Position numbers and translations under genes: made by a program. 64,000 nt of DNA from Octopus sinensis (Eukaryota): positions 193,254,001 through 193,318,000 of the forward strand of contig NC_042998.1 in assembly GCF_006345805.1 (NCBI RefSeq), written 5' to 3'. The notes under the pieces were generated by a model, which worked only from the letters and a program-made list of their open reading frames with translations, was not told the DNA's origin and did no database searches. Below are positions 11,830-24,899 of the stretch, piece by piece. Within the stretch, counting starts at the first letter, position 1, and every line of letters begins with the position of its first letter.

Positions 11830-12160
11830 ACTGGGCACCACTGCATAGTGCCAAGGACTCTAAATTTGCCATCAAGATGTAGGACAAGATACTGTGATAG
11901 CCTGGGCTTCAGAGGTCCACAGCTCTTCAATATCCTCCCGAAGGACCTGAGAGACCTGCATGGGGTGGATGCGGATGTCTTTAAAATAAAGCTGGACCTC
12001 TTCCTGTCAGGTGTCCCAGATGAACCAACGCTACGGCAGGAGGTATGCACTAAATGTCAATTGCTAAAAAGCATTCGTGAAGTAAAATCACGTAGCAACA
12101 CCGGATGGCGGTGCCCCAGCATGGCCACAGCTCGTGAGCTGAAGCTAGATGAAATGAAAA
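11830..12160 (+). mobile_element. 3' end of a non-LTR retrotransposon (ORF2 C-terminus + 3' UTR); clade unresolved
   Basis: Translates FRGPQLFNILPKDLRDLHGVDADVFKIKLDLFLSGVPDEP, a typical LINE ORF2 C-terminal motif; ends GGCGGTGCCCCAGCATGGCCACAG then A-rich run. Confidence 0.8.
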
Positions 12161-12776
12161 AAAAATTATTTAGCCGCTACTTCTAACAAGTCGTGAGACA
12201 ATATATAAAAACGTGGCTTGAAATAATATAAAAAGATTCATCTGTTCTATGGCATATTTTCCTTTAGTGAACTTTGCTAAACTGAAGCTTTTTTCTACAG
12301 CTTCTATAGTAAGATGGAATTATTCTTCTCTCTCGTTGCGATTTGTCCAGATATTTAAGGATGTAATATATTACTCGGCAGTTTGTAATTGTATGAAGAA
12401 ATTCAACACGAGTTATAACTTTTTATGTTGAAACTTCTTGGTACTTCTAATTACATTTTGGCTTTAACCACTTTCATCTAATCAGATATTACTGATTATC
12501 TTGCTAAGAGATTTCGGTAATTGTAATGTATTTATTACAATTAAACTCTGTACTCGATAAAGTAGCACTGCTAACTAGTACACTGGTGTCAATCATATAT
12601 AGCTTTCTTTGTAGATAATTACTTTAACGTCTAGCTATAAAGAAATGATTGATATAAGATTAATTTTACTCTTAAAATTGCATAGTTTATCAATGACGAC
12701 CGAATCGTAACTCTTCTTATTAGAATCAAGGCGTCGTATTAATAACCACTTCAATTGTGATAACAGCCGCTAAATA

Positions 12777-12917
12777 TTAGGTTGTCCCAAAAGTTCGTAA
12801 ACACTTGTGAAAATTGAATTTTTACTCGCCAAGTACTAACAAAAACAACAAAAATTATTCCTCAAAAGAAAGACCATTATTTTCCAAGACTTTCTACGAA
12901 CTTTTGGGACAACCTTA
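12777..12917. mobile_element. 141-bp Tc1/mariner-type MITE
   Basis: 23-bp TIR TTAGGTTGTCCCAAAAGTTCGTA / TACGAACTTTTGGGACAACCTTA (1 mismatch), TA on both flanks. Confidence 0.9.
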
Positions 12918-13041
12918 TATTAAAAAATCAAAATAGAACAGGCACCAAAACATATTCTACGTTGATAAATTTTTGTTGCTTTGATTTTGATTTTTTCAGT
13001 AAAATTATTTACGACGTTAATAACTCTCGTAATATTATTTA

Positions 13042-13075
13042 ACTAGCTGGACCCGTGAAATATTCACGGAAGATA
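13042..13075 (+). mobile_element. Possible Helentron/HINE-type 5' terminus, truncated
   Basis: ACTAGCTGGACCCGTGAAATATTCACGG: ACTAGC start followed by a CCGTGAA/TTCACGG hairpin, like 42483 and 44301. Confidence 0.45.
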
Positions 13076-13146
13076 TGAAAAAAATGTTAGCATCTGTAAA
13101 TTGTGTGCTGGTGCCATGAGAAATGTTTCTATAGTGTGACAGTTAA

Positions 13147-13542
13147 AGGCGGCGAGCTGGCAGAATCGTTAGCACGCCGGGCGAAACGCTTTGCGGTATT
13201 TCGTCTGCCGCTACGTTCAGAGTTCAAATTCCGCCGAGGTCGACTTTGCCTTTCATCATTACGGGGTAGATAAATTAAGTACCAGTTGCGCACTGGAGTC
13301 GATGTAATCGACTTAATCCGTTTGCCTGTCCTTGTTTGTCCCCTCTGTGTTTAGCTCCTTGTGGGTAGTAAAGAAATAGGTATTTCGTCTGTCTTTACGT
13401 TCTGAGTTCAAATTTCGCCGAGGTTGACATTGCATTTCATCCTTTCGGGGTCGATAAATTAAGTACCATATTTGTACTTGGTTCGATCTAATCGACTGCC
13501 CCCTCCCTCTAAAATTTCAGGACTTGTGCCTATAGTAGAAAA
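13147..13542 (+). mobile_element. SINE family A dimer (second unit has the alternative tail)
   Basis: Head + body/tail X + body/tail Y (AAATTTCAGGACTTGTGCCTATAGTAGAAAAG). Confidence 0.9.
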
Positions 13543-13715
13543 GTATATTGCGACAGTAACAGAATATAGAAAGAAGTGTAAAACCGATAACTATATAATC
13601 CAACCAAAATATCTCAGTTACTCAAACATAACAGAATTACTATTTAACCTTAAAATACATCGTGCATATTCAGAGAACTCTCTTGCTTTAGAGGTACGGA
13701 ACGTTTTTCTCTAAT

Positions 13716-13930
13716 TCTTTTATTCTTTTACTTGTTTCAGTAATTTGACAGCGGCTATACTGGAGCAACACCCTTTAGTCGAAGAAATTGACTCCCTGGA
13801 CTTATTCTCTGTAAGCCTGGTGCTTATTCTATCAGTATCTTCTGCTGAACAGCTAAGTTACAGGGACGCAAACACACCAACATCGGTTGTCAAGCAATGG
13901 TGATGGTGGTGGTAGACAAACAAAGACACA
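13716..13930 (-). mobile_element. SINE family B 3' half, decayed
   Basis: TTTTACTTGTTTCAG...TTTAGTCGA...CATCGGTTGTCAAGCAATG. Confidence 0.8.
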
Positions 13931-13956
13931 CACGTGAATGTATATGTGTGTGTGTG

Positions 13957-13957
<1 letters not shown>

Positions 13958-14019
<62 letters not shown>

Positions 14020-14025
14020 CTATAT

Positions 14026-14100
<75 letters not shown>

Positions 14101-14112
14101 ATATATATATAT
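13958..14112. repeat. (TA)n microsatellite
   Basis: Direct inspection. Confidence 0.95.
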
Positions 14113-14129
14113 TTGACGGGCTTAGAGGT

Positions 14130-14499
14130 GGTAGTGATGCTGGCTGGTGCGATTATGTGGTTTGCTGGTATGTCGAGAGAGATCCAACTCTGTTTCTAAT
14201 ATTTTCTAAGTACAGCTGCCTTTGCTCTTGACTCACGTGTTCTCGATTCCGTTGACCTCTGTCTCTCTTATTTTGAAAATACACTTCTTTTAATGCTGGC
14301 TCATTTATTCTCTCCTTTGCTGATTTCTTTCCCTCCTATGCCGTAGGATACGCTCCGTCTCCTCTTGGCGTATTTCGTATCTTCTCTGTCTCATCCTGGC
14401 GCGATTTTGATTTCTTATTTCCTCCCGCCGTTCCTTGCGCAACCGTTCTCACCTTCTACGCTGACGCTCTCGTGCTGCATCCCTCATGCGATTATCCAT
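14130..14499 (-). pseudogene. Arg/Glu-rich disrupted ORF, resembling the Helitron RepHel N-terminal repeat region
   Basis: MDNRMRDAARERQRRR*ERLRKERREEIRNQNRARMRQRRYEIRQEETERILRHRRERNQQRRE*; family call is recollection of the pattern, not a search result. Confidence 0.45.
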
Positions 14500-14941
14500 A
14501 TTTTAAAACTTGTTATTAAAACAATAAATCTCCAAAATGATTCAGAGTGTCTCAATTGAAATACATAAACGAATATATTAGAGAGATTTTGTTTAAAAGT
14601 TGAAATTATTTCTGAAATACTCACCTAATATGCAAGGACACAGTGTATAGGATACGGCAATTAATTATATTGTAGGAAAGTAAAATGTAAAGGGATAAAA
14701 TAGAATTAATATTTTTCATTTTGTTCGGCTCTAAGAAATTAATTTTTTTTCAATACTTTCGTGAATTGCTTGATACAAGAAAAAAGAAATTGGAAAAACA
14801 GAAATTCTAACTTAACAAAAAATATAGAAAGAGAAAGTTACGTTTATTTCCACCACGTGACACTTATCATACACACACACATAATCACACACATACACAC
14901 ATATATATGTGTGTGTGTGTGTGTGTGTGTTTCTGTGTATA

Positions 14942-16145
14942 CAAGTGTTGCACAAAATAATGGAAACACCTTGGAATTTCAAAGAAATTTATTTTAATAT
15001 GAGGTAGGACTGCCTTTGGCAGTAATTACAGCTTGAATTCTACGTGGTATGGATTCGTACAAAGTTTCAAATATTTCCAAATGAATTTTTTTCCATTCTT
15101 CAGTTAAAACAGTCTCCAGTTCTTGTAGTGATGATGGTGGACGATATCGACTTGTTTTTCCAAAATGCAACATAAATGTTCAATAATATTGAGATCTGGG
15201 GACTGTGGTGGCCAGATAAGATGTTCAACTTCATTAGAATGTTCCTCGTGCCATTCAGTAGCTGTGTGAATTGGTGCATTATCACCATGAAAGATTCCAT
15301 TTCCCTCCGGAAACAGTTCCACAACCATAGGATGAATTCGATCAGGTAAAATGCTTAAATAGTCTTAACTATTAATTCTGCCATTTAGGGAAACCATTGG
15401 GCCGGCGGATTTCCAAGATATAGCCCCCCCCCCCCCCGATCATCATAGATCCTTCTCCATGTTTAACAGTTGGAAGAAGGCAGTCTGGGTCAAATGCTTT
15501 TTTTGGCTGTCTCCACGCGCATACTCGGCCGGTGGTCGGAAATAAGGTAAAGGATGACTCGTCCGAGAAAATAACATTCTTCCACTGCTCTAGGAACCAA
15601 TTCTGTAGGTTTTTACTCCAATCTAAACGCTTTGCAACGTTTGTTTTTGAAAGTAGTAGTTTTCTGATTGCAGCCTTCCCGTGAAATCCGGCTTTGTGTA
15701 GCTCCCAGTGAAGAGTTTTTGTGGAAATTGGGTTCTTGAGGAGGTCATTAAGCTCTGCAGTAATTTTGGGAGCTGTACTTATGTGATCCTTTCTAACAAT
15801 TCACGTAACAGTCCGACGGTCCCTATCTGAAAGTTTTGGTTTACTTCCGGAGTTTTGTTTCGACGAGGAGGTTTTTCCCTCTTTCTCAAAGGCTGTCATT
15901 ACTTTCGAGACAGTACTTCTTGATACACCAAACATTTCGGCTGTTTTCGTAACGCTAGCATCTGCCATACGGGCATTGACAATTTGACCTCTTTGAAAAA
16001 GTCCGATAGATCTATCATTTTAATGAATTTTAATTACCTTTTTCTGATGATATCTAAAAAGAAACCGCAATTTTAGCAAAACATATTAAGCAACACTAAA
16101 AATAAATTAAAACTAAAAATAAACAAGCTTTTGACGGTTTTATAG
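14942..16145 (-). mobile_element. Tc1-like DNA transposon, one TIR missing
   Basis: TA + CAAGTGTTGCACAAAATAATGGAAACAC terminus at 14940; no matching TIR seen near 16.15 kb, where a decayed SINE begins. Confidence 0.85.
14994..16018 (-). pseudogene. Tc1-family transposase pseudogene
   Basis: DLSDF/QRGQIV..., WKNVIFSDESSF, TVKHG, GDNAPIH, WPPQSPDLNIIEHL; several stops and frameshifts. Confidence 0.92.
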
Positions 16146-17365
16146 ATATTTCAAAATGGGGTCAATGTAATTGACTAGTCCCCCACTCTCAAATTTCAGG
16201 CCTTGTGCCTATAGTAAAAAGGATTATTATTGAAGGCGGTGAGAGGTAGAATTGTTACTGCGTATGACTTACCCACTGCTTCTAAAAGTGCTGACCTTGT
16301 CGCAAACGTGTAAAAGATTACAATTATTATTATTATGAAGGCAGCGAGTTGGCAGAATTGTTAGAGCTTTTGAGTAAATACCTTGTTACATACGTTCCAG
16401 TTCTTTAAACTCTGGATTCAAGTTTGCTTTTCATCCCTTTGGGTACTGATAAAATAAACAATCAGTCTAGTATTGGGGTGGGTGTTATCAACAACCCTTA
16501 AAATTGTTGGCCTAAATAGGAAACCATTATTTTTTTAAATAATTTTTTTTTTAGGTACAGAATAATGCTGAAGTAGAAAAACATTTCTGTACTACTTGAT
16601 TAATAGAACACGAAATACCGGCTCAGCAACCTTAGTAAACAGAGTAGAAGTGATATTTGTTTATTAATTACCTGATTTAGTGCCGTTTATTGTGAGCGTT
16701 TGTGTTTCTAGAGACAATATCATTTAATAACTGTTACATTCTACTATCTGAATAAAATGTTCGTGATTCGAATCGCATGATGTACAGTTTGCTTGTTTGA
16801 TGTGTATATTATTGCCATTTGATTCCAGTTTTAAATGTCAAAACTTACAGCCATAGATCATGCTAGTTTGGTTTAATGATTGCACCTTTGATCAGGACGA
16901 ATACACGATGCTATTTCTGTGTAATGCATCTTGTATTCTCCAGTGGAGTCTATTGAATACGTAAGTTTGATAATAAATTTGGCAAGTAATATATAGGTAA
17001 GCCAGAGATCTATTGTTAAATAGCAAGAAGAGGCTGATATATTGTATTTACTAAAACATATTATCAAGAGTGATTTCTAGACAATGAAATACAAAAACGC
17101 AAGGCAGATGGCTTTACAGTATATTAGAAATCATGGTGTTTTATTGCAAAAAAAGCTATACAAAATGAGATTAAAAGCAGAGTAGATGGAAACATCACTA
17201 TGCCAAGTGTGTATCAGGGCAGGATATTATATCTACAGCTCCCTATGTGGTGCAAGCACTAATAAGGTAAACTTGTAATGGAAGCTGAATGCGTGAGAGA
17301 GAGTGTGTGTGTGCGTGTGTATGTGTGTTTATATATATATATAAAGCATTTACACATCTTTTATA

Positions 17366-17675
17366 TCACGTGATCACGTGACCGATCAGGCTATCAGATG
17401 TTGCTACACATCGCTGGTCAAAAGGCGCTTCGTATTGTTTTAGCCTTCAAATGACGCCACCCCGCTGGCTAAGCGAGCAGGCCAACAGAAAAAAGAATGA
17501 GAGAAAATTTTGGCGAAAGAGTACATCAGGGATCGCCACCATCCCCTGCCTGAGCCTCGTGATGTTTTAGGTGTTTTCGCTCAATAAACACTCAGAACGG
17601 CCGGTCTGGGAATCGAAACCGCGATCCTACGACCGCGAGTCCTCTGCCCTAACCACTGGGCCATTGCGCCTCCAC
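17366..17675 (-). mobile_element. SINE family C (tRNA-derived, octopus OR-like), tail type 1
   Basis: Head GTGGAGGCGCAATGGCCCAGTGGTTAGGGCAG...GGTTTCGATTCCCAGACC with A/B boxes; tail ...TCACGTGATCACGTGA. Confidence 0.9.
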
Positions 17676-18852
17676 ATCATTATATAAAGTTATATAAAGA
17701 TGTGTTTATGTATATATGATTGGGTCATTCTACATGTCATTAGCGACTGGGTTCTAGGAAACACTTCCATAGAATATTCTCCGCCATTTTACTTTCATTC
17801 CCTTCATTTATAGTGAACCCTGACAGAGAAGACTTTCATTGTTAACTTTTAATCTAGCTAATGATCTATTAGCTAGTCCAATGGCCTTATTTTATCATTG
17901 CAAAATACACCTCGAAGACGTAGATCCTAAAATTTAAAGGCAAATAATTTTTAAAAGAAGGAAGTGTTTACAGTCTATATTAGGGACATCTTTATGAAAG
18001 AGGCATAGAAATACTTCCACAAGAAAAGGTATTTACATGAACTGGACCATTTACAAGTTTTAAAAAGATACAGAAACAGTAATGTAAAAAGAATGCTCTC
18101 AATAATTAAAGCTGGCGTTGTGTCAAGACTCCTAAACCATGTGATAGATTATTAGAGACTTGGGCTTCACAGATCCTCTGAAGGCACAGAGGCTTACTGC
18201 TCCTCACAGAGGAAAGTAAGCCAGACATCAAATCAGTTGATTGGTTCAACTGGCAAGAGAGAAGCCCAGAAAGAACTGGGTAACTACGAAGGAATGCTTG
18301 AGTCTGTGTGTGTGCGCGCACAATAATAACAAGCTTAATCGCAGAAACATCTTACATCACAAACTGTTGGCTATCTCAATGTTATGATAAAAGACACTTG
18401 CTCAAGTGTTCGTCTGGCATCTTAAAGTATGGCCACAGCTTTCAGCTGAAACTGATACAAAAACAGTGCTGATTTTTATCCATGTAAATATGAACTTTCA
18501 CTGAAAGTGTTATACATAATACTTAGCAAATATGAGTGGATAAATTCTGAATAAGTTCATATACATTTGGTAAATATTCAAGGTTACCACGTAAATAAAC
18601 CTTGCGGCAAAAAGACAAGGCATTCTATGTCTCAACCTCTCTCTCTATAATGAACATTTCATATTCTCTTAGTTGAGTGTCTTTTTCATATATCGAAATA
18701 AACATTTCACTCTCTTGTAGTTTAAGGAAACTTTTGAGAAAATTTAGTCGAATGCAAATCCCAGTTTTCTGTAACGTGGTTCCCCTAATAAGTAGAGCCT
18801 ACATAAGAAGTAATGAAGTAATGTATTAGCGATGTATGGATAGGAGAGAAAA

Positions 18853-19170
18853 GATACATACATACATACATACATACATACATACATACATACATACATA
18901 CATACATACATGCGAATACATACATACATACATACATACGTACGTACATACATACATACATACATACATGCATGCATGCATGCATACATACATACATACA
19001 TACATACATACATGCATGCATACATACATACATACATACATACATACATACATACATACATACATACATACATGCATGCATGCATGCATACATGCATACA
19101 TACATACATATACATACATACATACATACATACATACATGCATACATACATACATGCATACATACATGCG
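18853..19170. repeat. (TACA)n/(TGCA)n tetranucleotide array
   Basis: Direct inspection; source of the MYVC/HTYI ORFs. Confidence 0.95.
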
Positions 19171-19276
19171 AATACAATATTATAACTCAAGAACCATGTT
19201 TTGGCCAAAATCACCCGGCGTTTTTAAGTAAGGTAATACTTCCCTAAACAAAAATAAAGAGCAGAGTGTGTGTGTG

Positions 19277-19440
19277 TGTAAGAGAGAGAGTGTGTGTGTG
19301 CGCGTGTTTGTGTGTGTGCGCGTGTTTGTGTGTGTGCGCGTGTTTGTGTGTGTGCGCGTGTTTGTGTGTGTGTGCGCGTGTTTGTGTGTGTGCGCGTGTT
19401 TGTGTGTGTGCGCGTGTTTGTGTGTGTGTATGTGTGTGTC
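19277..19440. repeat. ~18-bp (GTGCGCGTGTTTGTGTGT)n minisatellite
   Basis: About six regular units within a GT tract. Confidence 0.9.
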
Positions 19441-21958
19441 ATCACATAAGCTTCGTGCACCAAATTAAATGGACTCTCCCTAACGAATACAGAATTCAGG
19501 CCACAAACACCCTTCTCGTTGAGTGAAGTAGGAGTAAAAGTCATACAATTATCGTGAACATAATTTAACACGAGTTTTCTTTAACCAAGTTTGTGTGTAT
19601 AAAGAAAAAAGAAGATACAAAAAAACTTGAAGAGAGAAAAATAATCCAATGAGGAGAAAGGGAGAGATAAAAAGACAGTAAGAAGGAAAGGTTGATTATT
19701 TTTTCTATTTGCAAATTAAGAAAGTAAAACAACGAAGGCCAAGGCTTTTTATTGGTGGTCCGTGGTGTTACGAACCAGTTCTGTAAAGTTCATGAAGTAG
19801 ACTTTACCAAGAAAGGAAAAAGAAATATTAAAGTCTATCAAGGACTCTTTTAGGGAAATGAATTTGTTGTTAAATATATTTTCAGTCTTATATAGTCTTC
19901 GAACTCAGTAAAATGGACAATGACTGAAACGTTAGATTGATCTTCTCCATTCCGTGAGCAAAGTTATTGTAAAACTCGACGAGGAGATCTCTTCATGGTC
20001 TCTTGACTTGCAAAAAATAGCTGCCAAAATCTCCCTATCATACCTCACTATACTAAAAAGAGGCACATTTTTAATGTCTTGATTCTTCATACACTGTACC
20101 TAAAAATTCTAATATCTTTGAGCAAATAATTGATCTGGAGCTCAGCAACAGTGACAGCATCAGTAACATACTTTGCTGTATTCTGTTGACTTTATAGTTG
20201 CTTTGTTTTGTTAAATTGTTTTAATTTTTCCCTCTTTCGTTCTTCACTCTTGAAGCAGCTTTAGCAATTATTGAACTCTGGTAGAGGCTAATACTCGTAA
20301 ATCACTTGAGATATAAATACGTTCATGTCTGCTGTTTAATCATAGTCCCACAACAGCTGTCCTTGTCATGGATATATCTCAACATTTCTTTGCACAATGA
20401 TTACATTTGTTATTTTCTTTCCTAAAAATGAGATTTGACTAGAGATTTTCGCCATTACAGAGCTATGACATTTTTATTCAATAAGCATTATGTTCCAGAT
20501 ATATTTTTCGTATAAATGTAAAAAGAGTTTTAAAATATTTTCAAGAATAGTGAGCCTGGTTTTATTGTCATTTTTATCAAATTAAGATTTCTTCCCGTTC
20601 AGAAGATCAAGCAATTTTTCAGTGTGTTGATCCAAAATCATTTTAAGATCAATCAATCATTGTAACTTTTTCCTTTATTTTTCTCTTTTATTGGTAACAT
20701 TCAATTTCCATTTAAATTCTTTGTTAGAATATTTTACTTTAAAGATTAATTTCATATTTTGCCGGAAAATTGGCTGTTTTAAGAAAATCGATTACTGATT
20801 TTCAATTTAAATAAATAAAATAAAAATTCAGCTCAGATATCAATTACCGATAATAATATAAAAAAAAAAGTTAGGAAAATTCTTTAAACAATTTTTGGTA
20901 AGTTCCGAACTATTGAGATAATTTGTTACATATATATTGTATTCCTTAACTTTTCCATCACTTGACATCATATTACCTTTATTTGGTTTATGTAATGAAT
21001 GCCGAGTGTCAAACATTGATGTGGATTCTTTCTGACAGCTACGACTTGTATGTCACCAAACTGTAGAACACATGACTGTTAACAATGAAATAATTTCCAA
21101 AGAAATCTATAATTCTATTGAGGATATGTTGTGAAGTTTGATCAACAGCAAAAATGTGAAGCGACAGTCAGATACTCAATAGTAATTCATCAATCATAGT
21201 GTCAGTTGAAAAATATGTTGTTATATCCATAGAGAAAACAAATTAAGACGAATACTTCAATAATTTATGATAATTATTTATGTTGCCTAGACGCAAGTGA
21301 TTCTTCTTTGTGTATTAACTGAATTTACTCGTACGAAATTTATATGCTTTACTCGTACGAAATGTATAGATACTTCGACGTTGGTAAAGTGGCGGAAAGA
21401 AGCATATCGGGTTAAATGCTATTCAGTATAAAATTACGACTGTTTATTATTTTAAGTATGCTTGCCTAATGCTGTTTGATCCCTCGATTCCCGGCGGCGT
21501 GTTAAGGGACACCGTCTGACATCACCGAAAGATTGATAATGTAGATACCAGGCAAACGGCTAGGATCGATTCAACCAAGTATATCATTTTATGGCCATAT
21601 GCCAAAATTATTGGTACGGGTATAGACCCTTCTTCGGGAGTCGGGGGAATGGCAAAGAGGATAGGGTGACAGTATTTAGTTACATCTCTTTACTGTGTAA
21701 GTTAGAATCTTGCTAGTTTCGAATCTGTTTTTCATCCCACTGGATGTTAACATAGATATCATGTAAGAATTATAATCGTCCTGTACCGAGATGCTACAGT
21801 TCTTTGGCATTATTCCAATAATACGTTATAGATTCTATAAATACTTTGGATTATAAATATATATATATATTCAACTGGATATGACCCCGAAATAGAGAAG
21901 TATTGAACTTGAAATTTTGTTTTTTGGATAATATGAGCGAGAGAGAGAAAGGGAATGC

Positions 21959-22002
<44 letters not shown>

Positions 22003-22082
22003 GAGCTAGAAATTTCGAAATAAGAATGAAACTATTGGAAGAAATGCTACTATATTGTCTTTACTGTTGATAATAGGATAGA

Positions 22083-22314
22083 AGGCGGCGAGCTGGTAGA
22101 ACCGTTAGCACGCCGGGCGAAATGCGGTATCAGTATTTCGTCTGACGTTACGTTCTGAGTTCAAATTCCGCCGAGGTCGACTTTGCCTTTCATCCTTTCG
22201 GGGTCGATAAATTAAGTGCCAGTTACGCACTGGGGTCGATGTAATCGACTTAATGCGTTTGTCCTGTCCTTGTCTGTCCCCTCTATGTTTAGCCCCTTGT
22301 GGGTAATAAAGAAA
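22083..22314 (+). mobile_element. SINE family A with TSD-like flanks
   Basis: GTTGATAATAGGATAG upstream and GTTAATAATAGGATAG downstream. Confidence 0.9.
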
Positions 22315-22593
22315 CAGTTAATAATAGGATAGATATAACATTATGTTATTCTCGAGGGCAATACCAGAGTGAGATATGACACTATATCTTTCTTAATCGC
22401 AATATTACAGGGAAGTTATAACATTATATCGTTCTCGGGTGACAATATCTAACAGGCGAGAAACATGAGATGTTATATAGTTTTTTTGTTCTTTTTTCAG
22501 TCTTGCTTTTCGCAAAGAATCGAGATTGTAATCAACAGGAGACAAATAGGAGAAAGATATGTACTCCTCAAATGCCTAATACATCTATACATA

Positions 22594-22776
22594 GGTGCAG
22601 GAGTGGTTGTGTGGTAAGTAGGAGTGGCTGTGCTTACCAACCACATGGTTCCGGGTTCATTACCACTGCGTGGCACCTTGGGCAAGTGTCTTCTACTATA
22701 ACCTCGGGCCGAACAAAGCCTTGTGAGTAGATCTGGTAGACGGAATCTGAAAGAAGCCCGTCGTATATATGTATAT

Positions 22777-22841
<65 letters not shown>

Positions 22842-22843
22842 GT

Positions 22844-22875
<32 letters not shown>

Positions 22876-23083
22876 TGTGTGTCTGTGTTTGTTCCCCCAA
22901 CATCGCTCGACAACCGATGCTAGTGTGTTTACGTCTCCGTAACTTAGCGGTTCGGCCAAAGAGACCGATAGAATAAGTACTAGGCTTCCAAAGAATAAGT
23001 CCTGGGGTCGATTTGCTCGACTACAGACGGTGCCCCAGCATGGCCGTAGTCAAATGACTGAAAGAAGTAAAAGAGTAAAGAGT
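22594..23083 (+). mobile_element. SINE family B, full length with expanded (TA)(TG) tract
   Basis: Same head, core and tail as 8918-9335; small duplication in the head. Confidence 0.9.
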
Positions 23084-23302
23084 ATGCTGCAACCTTAGCG
23101 CAACTGTGTCCTATGGTCTACATTGTATTGATCCCTCCATGCAGAATGTATTCTGACCAATACAACACGTCCCTTCCACAAGAACCGCAAAGACAGATTC
23201 TGCGATTTTGGCAGGTCAAAAATGTGACAAACCCGACAGTTAGGAGGTAATAAACGTTGGAGTTGATGATGTAAACGTCCATCGTCTCTGCGATATTAAT
23301 TT

Positions 23303-23505
23303 GATTTCAAATGTTGGCACAAGGCCAGCAATTTTGGGGGAGAGGGTAAGTCGATTATATCGGCCACAGTGCTCAACTGTGGCTGATGTTATTATTTTAT
23401 TGACCCCGAAAGAACGAAAGGTAAAGTCGACCTAAGAACGTAAAGACGGACGAAATGCCGCTAAGCATTTTTCCTGGCGCAGTAACGATTCTGCCAACTC
23501 GCCGC
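23303..23505 (-). mobile_element. SINE family A (tail Y), decayed
   Basis: GACCCCGAAAGAACGAAAGGTAAAGTCGACC; CTGCCAACTCGCCGCC end. Confidence 0.75.
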
Positions 23506-23967
23506 CATTTTGCGATATCAATGTTAAACTAATTATTGTTTGGTGGTGGCGATAATTGTTGTGATGATGATTGTGATAATGGTCGAAATGATCCACAAGG
23601 AGAGAGGGAAGAAATCTGTACAATAGAAGATTGACAAGTAAAATACAATAGAGGCTGTGATATAGAAAAGTGTGAGCGTGAGGAGGAGCCTAGAGGTGGG
23701 CGACTGTACGAGAGTATGTGTGTGTGCATACAAGCGTGTGACGAGAGAGCGCACGCGTGTTTGACTGTGTGCGAATCACGTCTGTGTGTATGTGGCTGCG
23801 TGTGTTAGCGAAAGAAAATATTTGTTGGATCTAAAAAAAAATGTCTGAACAGTTTTCAGTTCTTGATTGACAGCAATGTTTCGGTATTTACATATTTAAC
23901 AGCAGAGAAGGGGAGGCAAAGTTCTTCCTATTTACTCCGCCCTTTTTTCTCCGGTTTATATCGTATA

Positions 23968-23968
<1 letters not shown>

Positions 23969-24042
<74 letters not shown>

Positions 24043-24105
24043 GCGAGAGAGAGAGAGACAGACATATATATATATGTACATATATATATATATGTATATA
24101 TATAA
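23969..24105. repeat. (TA)n(GA)n(TA)n compound microsatellite
   Basis: Direct inspection. Confidence 0.95.
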
Positions 24106-24540
24106 GTATCCAGTTGTCTTGTTCGTTCGTTCAGTTTGTCATAAGTAAATTTCAAGGAAAATGTCAACTTGAAGATTCCCTAATTTCTTGAAAAAAAAAA
24201 CCTTTTATCATATTCTTATTAAATATTAAATTTTCATCACTATTATTTTTTATTATGATTATCTCACAATCATCCTATACCAAAATAGCATTTACTTTTT
24301 TTCCTTTTAATCTTTATATGATAACATACTGTTGTACATTTATTTTTCATATATATCATACACGTTAATAATTCTAAACATATAATATAATGTAATTTTT
24401 TGATGATATCAAATAGCTTTTACTGTATCATATACTTTTACAATATCGTAATAAACTGCTGCTGTGTAATCCATTTGGCTATTGAGACCATGGATTTTTG
24501 TATGAAAAGTGCAATCTGTGTCATCAGAACAACTGCTGCT

Positions 24541-24835
24541 ACCGGTTTTGTTTGTTTGTTGACCGCCTGAGAGAAGTCCGAAACGTGGTCCTTTGCTATT
24601 CGTAAGAACCGCATAAGAGAAAGCAGGTCAACCCCCGACACAGAGAGCATCGACGGATGGATGAATGCGCATCCAGGCTCAGCGGTTGCGTAGGAAGTCG
24701 GGGACAAGAAACAGGAAGAAAGAGTGAGAGAAAGTTTCGCTCAATAAACACACACAAGGCCCGGTCTGGGAATCGAAACCGAGATCCTCCGACCGCCAGT
24801 CCGCTTCCCTAACCACTGGGCCATTGCGACTCCAC
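24541..24835 (-). mobile_element. SINE family C, tail type 3
   Basis: Family C head; tail ...GGACCACGTTTCGGACTTCTCTCAGGCGGTCAACAAACAAAC. Confidence 0.85.
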
Positions 24836-24899
24836 TGCTGCTGCTGCTCTAACTATAAAGTCAGTACTGGAGTAGTCCAGGATACAGGGTTCGTTTCCC

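Noticed and set aside
20100-20420. KCNHCAK on the minus strand suggesting a BED finger
   Set aside because: Immediate stops and no further hAT motifs.
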